From assembly GCA_040357565.1 (NCBI GenBank), contig JBDODJ010000007.1: 64,000 nucleotides of DNA. One strand, given 5' to 3'. The position numbers and the translations under genes were made by a program. Source of the stretch: Cercozoa sp. M6MM (Eukaryota; Protista; Endomyxa: Ascetosporea). The notes under the pieces were generated by a model, which saw nothing but the letters and a program-made list of their open reading frames with translations, made no database searches and was not told where the DNA came from. This document shows positions 13,712 through 27,093 of this stretch, piece by piece. Within the stretch, counting starts at the first letter, position 1; each line of letters opens with the position of its first letter.

Positions 13712-14034
13712 TCTCCGACGCAGTTTTCCGTTCGATTACTTCGCTTGTCCGTACGTGGCGTGTAGCTCCTTCCGTTCTGCTTCAGTACCCATTTCGAGTG
13801 CTGTAAACTGGGGATGTAGTTTTTACGATTCGCTAGAGTACTAGGCGGGCGGGTCGATCGCGAGCTCAGTTGTTTTCCGTATTTTCGCGAAACGCAACAA
13901 CTGAAGTCACTTTCGAGCAAAGAAATGAAAATCTGCTGGAGCTGAAGGACATTATCGACTTGCTGCTGGGCTGCAGTAGTCCATGAGGTGCTAAGAGTAC
14001 TCACTCAATCGAGGGACAACGAGACTGGGCGTCG

Positions 14035-17000
14035 ATGACGCAACAGGACGACTCGAATCAACATGCGGACGACAAATCTCGAGTCACTGCTGCCTCCGCG
14101 CAGAGCGACACGGTGCATGTGCAGGTGCACGCCACATCCCCGCAGCTACTTGAAGGTCGTCGCGCGCGTACTCCTTCTCGCAGTAGCACGCGCAGTTTCT
14201 ACATTGATGCGAACGAGAGCGCCGAGAGCATTCAACAGCAAAAGCTGCCGAAAATGGCTCAATCGCCGGTACGGATCTCAAAAAAAGACGAGGCGTTTGT
14301 CTACCAAGGAAAATCCACGGTGTTTCGGTTACCGATCAACAACTTCGTGCGCCGTATGTGTATCAACGTGGTCGACACGAAAACGTTCGACTTCGTCATC
14401 TTGTTTATCATTGTGGCAAACTCGGTGATTATTGCGCTTGACAATCCGATCGAGGAGAAAAGTGACGCCTTCAAGAGTTTCTTGCGCTCCAGCGATATCT
14501 TCTTTGCAGCCGCGTTTGCTCTCGAGATGCTTGTAAAGGTGATTGCGATGGGCATGTGGTGCAATGGCAAGTACGCCTACCTGCGCGACTCGTGGAATGT
14601 GCTCGATTTCATTGTCGTTGTGCTCGGAGGTGTCTCGCTATTTATCGAGAGCAACTTCACCGTTGTGCGTACAGTTCGCGTGTTGCGACCTCTCCGCACT
14701 ATCAATTCGATCGAGTCGATGCGCCGTTTGATTGCGTCGCTGCTGGACGCGCTGCACTCGATGAGGGACGTCGCCATCTTCCTGGCCTTTATCATGTTTC
14801 TTTTTGCCCTCGTGGGAATGCAGTTTTTCGGCGGCCGACTGCGCATGCGCTGCGTTGTAGACTCTTCGGGAGATATCCTTGCTGGTTGGGAGGACTACGT
14901 ATGTCGTCTGGGTGCCGAACGACTGTCCTCACCGTCGACGAATGGCACAGAGCCGAGTCTTGGGAGTTCAGTTCGCTGTCCAAGCGACACGACATGCATG
15001 AAGATTGCCTCCAATCCAGATGGCATTGTTGGTTTCGATAATCTCGGTCAGAGTGCTTTGACAATTCTCACTTCTGCCTCTTTGGAAGGGTACTCACGAC
15101 TTTTGCTAATACTTACCCTCACTTAGTTCCTTTTCTCACACAGCTGGGTGGACAACATGTACCTCACCTGGCAAGCAACGACGCACTGGGCCACAATTTT
15201 CTGGGTGCTATTGGTCATCGTCGTTTCCTTCTTCTCGCTGAACCTCATCATGGGTGTCATCTACAACTCGTACAATACGGGGCGCGATGAGGTGCAGCGC
15301 GAAGTTGAGGAGCGAGAGGAAATAAAGCGACGACGCGACTCCATTCAGCAGCTTGCAGTTTCTGCCTTTATAACTGCTGGCAAAAAGAGAGGAGAGGAGG
15401 AAGAATCCAAGGCCATCAGTGCTGTGCCTTCTGAAATGTATCCTCACCGTACAGCTCCTGCAATCAATCTCTCCATGGAATTGTATCTGCACAGTCCATC
15501 GCGATCGGTGTCGGCATCTGCCCGAACCATGACGCCAAGTCGAAAGACACGAATCGGCCCGGCTATCCCGGAGGAGAGTGACCTGGAAGGCACCGATGAA
15601 TGGCTTGTCGACACACCTGCCGAAATACAGCTAGAATCAGTCTCCGACGGCATATCCATGGCCGAGCGCGAACAACTTGGGAACGTCGCCGCTCTGCGAC
15701 GAAGAATCGAAAGCGAGGCGAAGCGCGAAACTGACATCGAGCAGGAAAACCAAATCGATTCAATCGTGAGAACCATAACAGCACGTGCTCGGCGTAGAAG
15801 TTCTATCGAAGCAGACATCCCCTCTGCGGTGGCAGTGGATGTAGCAATCCAAGAAGACACTCCAGGCTTCGCACTCGAGATTCGCGGACTCGAGCAGCAG
15901 CACGAGGCTTTCTTGGCGAAGAAGGAGAAAGTCGCGACATGGCGAGAGCGACTGCAACCTTTCATGAAATCCGAGCGATTCGACCGCTTCATCACTGGCT
16001 TGATTATCACCAACACGATCTTACTGGCAACTGAGTACTACGGACAACCGGACTGGTGGGAGACCACTCTTGATGTAACCAACGGCATTTTCACCTGGAT
16101 CTTCTTCTGCGAAATCACGATCAAGTTCATCGCGTTGGGGAAGCGACGTTTCTGGAAGGATAAGTTCAACCGATTTGATCTCATCGTCACGTTAGCCACT
16201 TGTATCGAGTTCATCGTGTCGAATGCTTCCACCTCTGGCAGCAGCAGCACGATTTCGATGCTACGTGTGCTACGACTTCTGCGCGTGTTCAAACTTGCGA
16301 ACCGATGGCCTGCCTTGGCGCGGTTGCTTGAGGTCGTGCTCTCTGCCTTCTCAAGCCTGAGCAGCTTTTCCCTGATTCTTCTGCTCTTTACGTTCATTTA
16401 CGCGCTTCTTGGAATGCAACTGTTCGCCGGTCGCTTAAAGTGCGGAGAAAGCGCCTGTCGCATCAACTTTGACTCGTTTTGGTGGAGCATCGTCACCGTA
16501 TTTATCGTGATCGGCAGCGAGAACTGGAACGACAATCTCGCGAACGCAATGCAAAGCACCGGGTGGATTTCCTCATTGTACTTCCTGTCGCTTTACATCT
16601 TGGGCAACCTCATTCTGTTGTCGCTCTTTCTGGCGATTCTCTTGTCGCAGTTTGAGGAAGCAGATGAGGTAAACTATCTAATTTGGTCTCAAAGGCGGGG
16701 ACACGTCTCATTTGATACTGTGGCTTTGATAGGAAGAGGAAAAACGGTATGAAGAGGAACTTCAAGAGAAGTTACGAGAAGTTGCAGAAGTGGAACCCAG
16801 ACAGTCAGAAGAACTGAGCGATGAGCCTTCTTCAACACTCGAAGAGTTTGAGCCGTCGTCAGAGTCGGAGTTTGACTCCACAGAGCAAGAGTCAGCGCCC
16901 TTTGGGGTGCAAGAAACACCGGAATCTGCTGCCAATGCACCCTCACGGGTAGACTCAGTCTCAGGTCGATTGCCGATGCGAAGAAGACTCACGCCACTCA

Positions 17001-20000
17001 ACATAGCTGTCGAGCACGCAGTGGAAGACGAGACTGCGGTCACCTCCGACTCTGATGCTGCAGAAAAACCAAAGAGCAAAGTTGAAGAAATAACTGAACA
17101 AGATGCAAGTGTGAAACCAAGTGGACCTGTTCATCGACCGTCGTCACCAACACCGAAAGACGAACTAGCGGCTCCAAAGAAAACGAAGGGTCTCAAGCAC
17201 TTGCCGTCTTCGCTGGCCGAGTTAACACAAGAACAGCGAGCGGGCGTCATGTTTGAGCTTGCTCGCATGCACACACCATCCGATTCAAAGAGCAGAACGA
17301 AGAAGAATCGACGGCGACGCCGAAAGCCAAGAAGCGACCAGCTCGAAAGTCAAACACACTCGAGATCGAAATCATCCTCCAGCAGTCGAGCCAGCGAAGA
17401 AAGCTTCGAAAGCAAAAAGAGCTACGTCAGCGCGGCTTCTAGCGCTGCTGAAAGTGTAGCCAACGCGATGCGATTCGCACAAATGCACAACTCGTTGCGC
17501 TGCTTCTCGCCGAGGAGTCGTGTTCGTCGGCTGATGTTACGACTCGTGGGTTCTCCCAAGTTTGACCAGCTGATCATGCTTCTCATCATTGTGACTGCGT
17601 TCTTGCTCGCTTTCGAAACACCTTCGTTGGACACTGAGTCTCATTGGGGTCGCTTTCTCTATTGGTTCAACGTGGCGGCAACAGCGGTTTTTTCAATCGA
17701 AGCCATCGGTCGCATCATCGCACTCGGATTCTTCATGCACGAAGGTGCGTACCTGCGCAACGGCTGGAACACTCTTGATTTCGTCGTAGTCGTTGTGAGC
17801 GTTGTCGAAATCGTCGTGTCAAGCAGTGTGAGACGAGTCGACGTCAGCTCGCTGCGCGCTTTGAAAGCTCTTCGTGCTTTTCGCGCACTGCGAATGCTGA
17901 GCAGGTTTCCTCGCCTACGCGTGGTGGTCCAAGCGATTATCTTCGCCTTGCCGACAGTGTCGCACGTCATTGCAGTTGCGCTACTCTTCTATGTAGTATT
18001 TTCGATTTTGGCGATTCAGCTGTTCGCCGGCAAGTTCGGACAGTGCGTGCTCCAAGCTGGTGCTGATTGGTCCGCACTTGAGGCGGCGGGTGCCACACTG
18101 AGCGATGTGGGCAACAGCATCGTCGCTTGGAACAAGGATAGTTGTGATGCTGCCACACAAATTGGCCTTGGAGTCATCTGGGAGAATCCGAAGTTTGGCA
18201 GCTTCGACACGGGTACTCTGGTTTTTGTGCCGTTTCTTTGGAACAGTCTGTGATTATGCATGCAGTGTTCTCGTCGCTACTGTTGCTATTCGAAGTGAGT
18301 ACTTTGGAAATGTGGCCCGATATGCTGCTGCGAGCGGTTGACGTCACCGGAGTGGAGCAAGCACCTGAGCGAGACAACGCTCCTTACTACGCCGTCTTTT
18401 TCATCGCCTTCATCATTGTTGGCAATTTTTTCATCGTCAACCTGTTTGTATCGGTTGTGATCGATACCTTCAGCGCCAAACAGGCCGAATTTAACGGGCT
18501 TCGCATGCTGACACCAGCGCAGCAAGCCTGGCTTGAAGCAAAACAGTTGCTGCTTCACGTTGATGCTGGAGATCCACGCTTCTTTCCGCCAGGTGTACAT
18601 GCGAAAGACGGGTTCGACGAACTGCACGAACTGGGCATTCTGCTGGAGCGAATTAACATTTTCGACGAACAAGACAGAAACTGGCATACTGATGCTGCCA
18701 GTTCCGAGAGCAAAGACACTGGACCGGAGGAAGCTCCGTCAGGACGCCTGAGTCCGTCGGCGCTTCAATTGTTAGACCAAGACATTGGGTTCTGGCGACG
18801 CCACGTGACTGGCTGGAGACCGAAACTGAAGCGTCGATACCTCATTTTGCGGGTACGACGCGCAGTGTTCAACTTGGTGACAACGGAGCGGTTCGAAGTC
18901 GGCATTGCCATACTGATTTGCTTGAACGTGATTGTGATGGCCATGTGGACGTCTGACATGTCATCTGGCTACGACCTCGCACTCGAGCTTACCAATGCCG
19001 TGCTAACCTGGCTCTTTGTACTGGAAGCAGTTCTCAAGGTACACTTAATTGTGAAGACGTTTTTTTCTCCCCAATCAACTGTGATGCCCTCAGATAATTG
19101 GACTGGGTCCACGGCAATACATCGCGTCGGCGTGGAACTGTTTCGATTTCGTAATCGTCGCAGGGGGTGTACTCGGTTTCTTTTTGGAGTTGCCATTCGG
19201 TAGTGACAGCACCAGTATGCCGGTGGACCCAACGTTGCTTCGAGTGTTTCGAGCTGGCCGATTGCTTCGGTTGGTCAAGCGACTGAACGGTCTGCAGCGC
19301 TTAGTTCGAGTGGTCGTGATGTCGCTGCCACAAGTGATTAACATCTGTGCTTTAATGTTGCTGCTCTTTTTCGTGTTCGCCGTGATTGGCATGCAACTCT
19401 TCGGGGGACTGCCTCGCGACGGCGACTTTATCAACGAGCATGCGCACTTTGACAACATCTTGATGGCCATGGTAACGCTCTTTCGGTGCGCAACAGGCGA
19501 GTCGTGGAATGGCATCATGCACGACGCGCGCACGGGTTCTACAGCACTTGACAGTGCGCGCTGTGTCGAAGTTACTTCTTTGGACGACATTCCGGGTGGA
19601 GCGACGTCCTGGGGACCACGCGGTGTCGTACTCGGCTCAGATGGACTGCGCTATGCGCGGAACTGCGGTTCAACGAGTGCATACGCGTTCTTTGTGCTCT
19701 TTACCGTGTTCTGCGGCTTCATCATGGTCGAACTCTTCGTGGCCGTGATTCTCCAGCACTTTGAGCAGATGGGGACCGCGCACAGCGGCAGCAGCGACGC
19801 CGACGGCGAAAGTGCCGCCGGTATCGTTCAACTCGACGACGTGATTCAATTCTCACACGCATGGTCACGGTATGCGCCACAACGACACTGGTGGAAGTGG
19901 TGGGATCAAAAACACCTCTGGATCCGAGCGAATGCTTTACCTGCCATGCTGAGTGAGTGTGGAGGTACACTCGGAATCCGCGATCGCAGGCCGCGACTGA

Positions 20001-21446
20001 CGCCGAACGAAGTAATTAGGTTCGTCGACGCTCTCAATGTTCCGGTGTTTGCCAAGCCAACCTTTCGGTCAAGACGCTTCGATCGACTGCGACGCTTCAC
20101 TGTGCTTCGCTCGTTCGGCTCAAAGCTGCGCCACGCGAGAGAGCGCTTGAGTGGTATGTCAGGGATAAAGGCACGACTCAGTCGGTTCTCCCGACGATCG
20201 AACGCTGCCACCAGCGTCGCTCCTGATGAGAGAACCGAGTCATCATTTTCGACAGAGGGTACACACACTAAGAAAGAGTGGTATGTGATATCCGTGACTC
20301 GTGTCGCTTTCAGAACACTCACAGCCAAGCGTAGATGAATTGAAAGAGGACAATGAGACAAAAGAGACTTCGCCACAGTCGTCGCTCAAAATGACAGACA
20401 AAGTGACAGATAGCATCGTAGACTCGGATGAACTCAAAAAACTTGACAGTCAAAATCGCACGCAGACTCCAAGTTTCGCTCCGCCAATATCGCCGACGGC
20501 AACACGCACGCTGCAACTGCAGGATCGATTAGCCAGCGGCAGCATGCGTTCTCACATGGAGCACAAACGCACGACAACCACGAGTTTATTTCGCAGGGAT
20601 GATGCGCGCTTTGATAGCAGGAGTGCGAGCGGCTACTGTCACTATTATGAGACGCTCGTGGCACTCAGTTTCTTTGCATTGCGACAACGGCACGCAAAAA
20701 TACACAACGAGATCGCGTCGATTCCGCAGACGTGTCTCAGTCATCGCTTCCTGCAGAGCAACCTTCGGCGCAAATTCGGCCAGGTCGAGATGGCAGAGAC
20801 ACTGTCGCTGAAGCGTGGCTCAGCGGACGAAGCCTCCATAGGCGGAGTCAAGGTCGTGAGTGCCTCGCAAGTCGCTGCCGTTAGCATCATTCAACGCGCC
20901 TATCGCAACTTTGTGTTTCGCCGCGCCATGTGGAATGCCGCTGCTGCCGCAGCAAGCAGCATGATGGAGCGCCGCTGGTCACGTATCCAGCGTGACTCGC
21001 AACTCACGGACGAGGAGGTGCGACGCCGGAGACGTGGCAGTCTCGCAGTTCTCTCGGACGCTGCAAGTGCCGTGCGAAGGAAAGCAGCCGAGGCCGCGAG
21101 GCGCGCGCGTCGTGCTTCCACTGGCGTTTTAAACCGCAACCTCAATGTCGACATTGACGCACTTCGCAACCACCTGCACAGAGGAGCTGCCGTTGACGAA
21201 TTCAGCGACTCGTCCTCGGAAGTCGAGTGCAAAAGCGACCTTGAAGACACCGATATTTGTATGCTACTGCTATCGTACTTTGCCCTTGTCACGCTATTGC
21301 TCACTAAGTGTTGTTCGCAGAAGGCGCAATCACTGCGCTACGAGTCGTTCCGACAAAATGACATCAATTTAACTGACGTGAGACATCGAGTTATTACCGT
21401 AGTTAGGCTTCGTAGTCCCTTCAGTAGTACAATAAGTTGGAATTGA
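14035..21446 (+). CDS. Four-domain voltage-gated calcium channel alpha subunit (Cav-like)
   Basis: Four 6-TM repeats with S4 motifs RTVRVLRPLR, LRVLRLLRVFK, LRALKALRAFRALR and LRVFRAGRLLRLVKR. Pore loops SLEGW / GSENW / TLEMW / TGESW give EEEE. C-terminal IQ motif IQRAYRNF. About 6 short introns; the 3' end is approximate. Confidence 0.93.
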
Positions 21447-21599
21447 CGTGAAATTCGATGTCAAGTAAACTTACAGTACAGTAGCGTTGACCACCCTGGT
21501 CTAACGCGCGGATTGGTCTGTGCAGCGGCGTTTTTCTCAATCCGGATACGTGACCACAAAGGCGCGAACTGCAGGGCTCCTTGGTTTAGGAGTGTAGAT

Positions 21600-23147
21600 A
21601 TGCCCAAAAAGGCTCAGCAGAAGCGAAAAGGTGCTGCTCCAGCTCTACCGGCGCGCCCGGAGTCGCCTTACCGAGCTGCCGCTCACAACTCACCGATGGC
21701 ACCGCCGCTCCCAAATGCGCCAGCACAGCCCTCCCTTACTCGCGATGAAACTGCTAGCGTCGGACGCAACGACGGCTCGTGCAGAGCAGATTCACCCGTT
21801 CCGACCAACAACTTGAACCCATCTAACTTTCCTCCTATATGGTCACCGAGTCCAGGAACCTCAGCCCGCATGCACCGAGGCACGCAAAGCGAGCAACTGG
21901 GAGAGGGCGAACCAGAGGAAGAAGGACCCACCATGCAAGAGGGTGCGATGCGGAGATTTCAGTTTCGCCGAATGAGCTTGCGTGACAGCGTCAAGCGATT
22001 CTGGGGCGACCGAAGCTCTGACGGAGAGAAGAGTGGGTCCAATGACTCACGTCAGCGTCGACAAAGTGAGGTGTCTTTTGACACTGAGCAACTCGAGCGA
22101 TTGCAGCACTCAATTCGGCACAAAAAGGAACGCATCTCAGAGCTGAGCGACAAGCAAGCTGAAGCACGACAAGGCATTCAACTCATTCAAGAGCAGATCA
22201 AGCAGGTACAACTTGAGTTCAAGACGCAGCGAGAGGCGCTCAGCACGAAGCTCATCGACACTTTACGTCGCGTAAGTAATCGAAACGAACTTCGGTCGAC
22301 CTTGCGTCGCATGCGACAGCACGAACAAGAACTCAAAACACAGATTGTAAGAACCAAGCACGAGCTGGACGAAATCAAGAAAGTAGTCAACATTGCCGAG
22401 TACGACGCAATTCACGAGCAGCACAGCGCACTAGCTCAAAAGCGCGAAAGCATGGCTAAAGAGGTCGACAATATGCAGAAGATGATCAAATCTAACACGA
22501 AAGAGATCGACACGAGGGAGCCACAACTCGAAGAGATGCGTGGACGAATGGAGCACATTCGCAGACAAAATGACGCGAAGCAGGCTGAACTTCAGGAGCT
22601 GCGCGCGAAGTTGAAGCATCAACAGCAAGAAGTACACGCCTTAGAGAATGAAACGCGGCAGCTACGCCACACAACAGCACGACTGGAGGAGTACAAAAAG
22701 GAAGTGCTGCCAAAGCTCGAGGAACTTCGCGAAGTTGTCAGCGAACTCCCAAACGAAAATGACTCACACAATGACAGTGCGAGCGGGACGCATTCAACTG
22801 AAGACAGCTTCTCACGGAAGGTGGAAGAAGTCAAGAACATTTTGTCTGAAAGCGCCCCTGATGCGTCCTTCTTTCTCTGTGTACCCAACGCAAAGCAGTG
22901 CCAAAATGAACAATCAGTCTCCCTGGGCAGGTATGCAACTCCAGGTTCACTGCAATTTTCAGGCTGTCCGATACTTGTAACTTACCGGCTGGAAAGCAGC
23001 GCTACGTCCACGCAGTCTCGAAACACACACCTCTGTGTACCGCCCGACAAAGAACTGACTGAAACGCACACAAGACGCTCACGTTCCCCTCAATCTCCCG
23101 ACTCGACTGCCGCCGCCTTTAAAGCCCTTTTCTCGGATTTCAGTTAG
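21600..23147 (+). CDS. Coiled-coil protein with Pro-rich N-terminus
   Basis: Long open frame from ATG 21600 (MPKKAQQKRK) with an extended E/K/Q/R/L heptad region. Confidence 0.7.
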   Translation: MPKKAQQKRKGAAPALPARPESPYRAAAHNSPMAPPLPNAPAQPSLTRDETASVGRNDGSCRADSPVPTNNLNPSNFPPIWSPSPGTSARMHRGTQSEQLGEGEPEEEGPTMQEGAMRRFQFRRMSLRDSVKRFWGDRSSDGEKSGSNDSRQRRQSEVSFDTEQLERLQHSIRHKKERISELSDKQAEARQGIQLIQEQIKQVQLEFKTQREALSTKLIDTLRRVSNRNELRSTLRRMRQHEQELKTQIVRTKHELDEIKKVVNIAEYDAIHEQHSALAQKRESMAKEVDNMQKMIKSNTKEIDTREPQLEEMRGRMEHIRRQNDAKQAELQELRAKLKHQQQEVHALENETRQLRHTTARLEEYKKEVLPKLEELREVVSELPNENDSHNDSASGTHSTEDSFSRKVEEVKNILSESAPDASFFLCVPNAKQCQNEQSVSLGRYATPGSLQFSGCPILVTYRLESSATSTQSRNTHLCVPPDKELTETHTRRSRSPQSPDSTAAAFKALFSDFS

Positions 23148-23221
23148 CCGTTCATGTTTAATTGCATAAAGCGCATATAGCCTGACACGGTCTGGTACAG
23201 TACTACGTTCGTTGTATTGTA

Positions 23222-23939
23222 TCAGTTACGCCGTCGGTTGCGAAGCCGGGCCGAGCGACGCAGCGGCTGCTTCACAGCAGGTGGTTCGACTTCGCACTCG
23301 AAATCAGAGTCAATTTCGCTGTCTTCGTCGTCTGCGCCTGCGTTCTCGACATGAGAGCTGTATAGCACGCGAGCGTCGCCACAATGTGCTCGTTGCAGTG
23401 ACCCAGCCTCCTGAAGTTTAGTTTCCGTGCCTTCAACTCCAGTTGTGTGCCCGTTTGAATGGTGCTGCAGCAGGTAAGTCTGCACGGCCTGGGCGCAATG
23501 TTGTGCCACAACGGACACGAATCGAGGCGTCATGGCGGCTAGTCTCGAAGAAACGCCGCCTGACACAGGATGGGAGAGATCTGCACCTCCAGTATCCAGG
23601 TGGTGTCGGACGCACTTAATTTCGGATGGTACCACGTGTGTGTACGTGCATGCTGTGAGCAAAGAAAGCCTGCGACACCGAGCGCGGCGAGAATGTGAAT
23701 TTTTTCCTGATGCACACATAGCATAAGTGTATCGTTTCTGTACATCGTTGCTGTGCATACTTGGACTCGACAGGTCGCATACAAGTGCGAAACAGTAGCG
23801 CAGTGGCAACAACGGCACCAACGATGCGCGTGGACCAAGTCACACGCACTTGCATCAGTGCGCGCGATATTTGTGTCTCCACCTCGAGTGGAGTGTCATG
23901 TATCTGCCTCGTACCAAGATGGAGAGCCACACACACACA

Positions 23940-24003
<64 letters not shown>

Positions 24004-25948
24004 GCTTATTGATCTACCAGCAAATGCAGCAGCAGGTGCTCAATCAGCAAGGTGAAAACCAGCACGAGGAATGACAATCCTCGGTGCGACTGAGCCTTTG
24101 GTACAGATGTCGCCAAAAAAGCGATACCCAACCACCCAGCATAGAACAGCATCTACACGTATCACATGTGTCCTCTTGTAACACACATACACTTTCGCGG
24201 GGAGTGAAAACTGACTTTGCGAAACCACTCGTGTCGGTGCAGAGTGGAGACATCTAACTGCGCGAGGTGTTCGAGTGCACCCAACACATCTCCCATCCGA
24301 CCTACCAAAGCATCATGCCTTGTCACTGTGACATCCACCTGATACGACTCGACTGGACTACTGTACCTTCCAGAGCAGCATGCACGCGATCTGTTGCTTC
24401 GTCGAGTGCGGCACTTGCTGCCTGTTGTTTATATGTGAGAACGTTAACACAGAAGATGGTTTTTCCGTGCAACACAACCAACCTCTGCAGCCGCAGTCTG
24501 CGCCAAACTGAGAGCTGCGAGTTCCGTTTGCTGTTTGAAAAGCACCAATCTCACTGAAACCGAAAGCAACTGAAGAAAGACTGCGCACCAATGCCACGAC
24601 GTTTTCCACAGCGATCTCCGAGTCCTTTCGTGCCTAAAATTGACATTTCATAGACAAAGTAAACATGAAATGTCAATTATACCTGCTCGAGAGCGACGCT
24701 TTGCTGAGTGATCTGCTGCTGCACACTCTGCTGCAGCGTCGATAGGGTCTGTTGACCGTCCAGCAACTCGCGTTGTCGCTAATACCAACAAAGCCCATTA
24801 CAGTCATTTTCCTGCGAGGCGAGGAATTAGGAAACAGGAAAGCGATACCTCGGCACCCTTGTGCACATGCGACATCAAGGTGTGAGTTGCGTCGAGTGTC
24901 TCGTCTTGCTTTGCGCGCATTTGCGACTGTTGCTCGGCTGGCACATAGGTGTAGGTGTTTGTGTTTTTAAGGGCGAGACCTGGAGGTACCAAGATGTCGC
25001 TGCTGCTGCGACAGCTGCTGCTGTGTCGCAGCGCTTTTTTCGAGTGCCTCGTGTGCCTCTCCAAACAACTCGTCGAACTGCACACAAGAAGATATTTTGA
25101 AACCAATGTAGGTTTTTCTGAGAACACCCTGTCAGCTAGTGCGTCGTGAGACTCGGCAATCTCTGTCGCCAACTGACGCGCAGCGACAGCACTCGCACTC
25201 GAAGCTTCTGTCAGTTCCGTTATCTACATGACCCCCAGTCCATACAGTCCTCCCTCCAGGAAACCTTATCAGTATGTGCGAAATTTAATGAAAAGAGTAC
25301 CGACTGTCCGATACGGCGATGAAAGTGCTCGCCTGAAGCACGGGCACACACGGAATCTGCGTGTGCAAAGAACTGCACAAAGCAACCTCGCGTAAACTTA
25401 TGAACGGTTCGTGATTGGTGCGTGAATTCACCAGATTAAACGTGTCCCAAGCCACTGCGTCGTTCTGCAACTGTTTCGTGCATTCGCTCACTGTCAAACA
25501 GTACCATGTCACAAACTACTATAGACAGAAGGTACAGTACAAAAATACCATTTTGTTCGGGTGTACACTCCAAGTGGGCAGTCTGGGTATGACCTGCAAG
25601 GGACAGATGGCACCAAGCTAAAGCCAGAGACATGCGCGCTCGCGTATCGTACTCGGTGAGGGCACCGCACCCATGCTCACTCAGCGTGCCCTGCAAGACA
25701 TTCTAATTTATTCAGACAGTAAATTTGTAAAACCACCCTACAGTTGCGGCTCGCCAGCAGTCGCCGCCGTCGTGTAGGGCGAAGGATACCGCTTCAGGCC
25801 ACTCCTGTACTTGAGGATCAGTTAGAATTCCTAAGTTCACAGAATCCAGAGTTACCTGATTTCGACTGGCGCCGTTGAAGATACCCAAGGGGAACTCCAA
25901 CGAACGGGCTGAAGCGATCATGGCCACAACCGTTGGAAGCAGCAGCAT
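23222..25948 (-). CDS. Hypothetical protein(s), multi-exon; possible N-terminal signal peptide; may be two genes
   Basis: The minus-strand exon chain begins MLLLPTVVAMIASARS and ends DDEDSEIDSDFECEVEPPAVKQPLRRSARLRNRRRN*; no family motif recognised. Confidence 0.35.
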
Positions 25949-26121
25949 TGTAAAAAGCACTTAGACTACTTTTGCAGCTGATCAATAACCAGTAAAGCGA
26001 CTAAACGCTGCAAAAAAGCGGGGTTTCTTTTGATTGAAGCAATCGGGCTACAACTACTGCAAAACAGCTTGTGTTAGTGCGCTTGTGTACTTAATTGTGT
26101 TGCATTTAGCTTGGTTGTGAG

Positions 26122-26809
26122 ATGCTGTTAAGGAAACTTGTGTTTGGTGCGGTGAGGCCCTCGCAGCGTGCACTCGCAGTGTGCGACCCGGTAGAAAAAA
26201 AGCCCAGTGTGTGAGTGGCCACGTGGTCACAAGTGAACATTCACCGAGTGATCGTTTAAGTGCGCAGTACGGTCAGGACGGTGTGCCACTGAGTGCCGCG
26301 GTGGCACGTGGCATGGCTCGACACGTGCCAGACTGGCGACTGGACGAGGAAGACGCACGTGCCATCAGGTGCCGCGTCGTGTTTGACTCGTTCCACGCGG
26401 CGGCCGACTTTGTGAACAAGGTCGGCAGTGTCGGTGTCAACGGAAACCACCCGGTGCACGCGCTGCGCCTGGAGAGCAACACGCCGTGCCAGGGCGTCGC
26501 ACTTGTCGATCTCGAGTGTCACACGCCTCTGCTCAAGGGCCTGTCACACCACGACTTCCTCCTGGCTGGTATGTCTGGCTCCTGGACTGTCTGCGTGCAC
26601 ACACACACACACGTGCACATGCACACGCATGCATATGCACATGCACAGTGAAAGTCGACACTGTGCGACGTGAGATGGAGCAGCATGTGCTCGACGTGTC
26701 GAGTCACCTGCGCCGGCATGACAGCGATGACAGTGTACGTGAGCAGCGCAGGTGGCGCCGCCGAATCGCGCAGCTCGCACAGCAGCGACGCTCCGTGCGC
26801 GCCGAGTAG
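26122..26809 (+). CDS. Pterin-4a-carbinolamine dehydratase (PCD/DCoH)-like protein, probably mitochondrial
   Basis: VPDWRL..AIRCRVVFDSFHAAADFVNKVG..NHP..CHTPLLKGLSHHDFLLA|VKVD matches the PCD fold pattern; presequence-like start MLLRKLVFGAVRPSQRALA. Confidence 0.75.
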
Positions 26810-27093
26810 TCGCAGTATGACCGAACTGACATATCCCAACTTTCCGGAGTCGTCACATCCTTGGCCGTTCGGTACTATCCTACTCCACCCACAAAACCTG
26901 GCCGCCTGAGTAAATTTGACCTTACATTAGGTTAATGATAGTGCAGTAATCTTGTTGAAATAGACTCGGGAATCACGTCAGTGACGCTGTGATTGGAAGT
27001 AGTAGTCTTGGTCGCGGTTTCCGGGACCTCGTTCGCGTTGTGGCGAGAGCTATTGGTCCCCAATTGCAAGCCAACATGAAATCAGTCAGTTTA

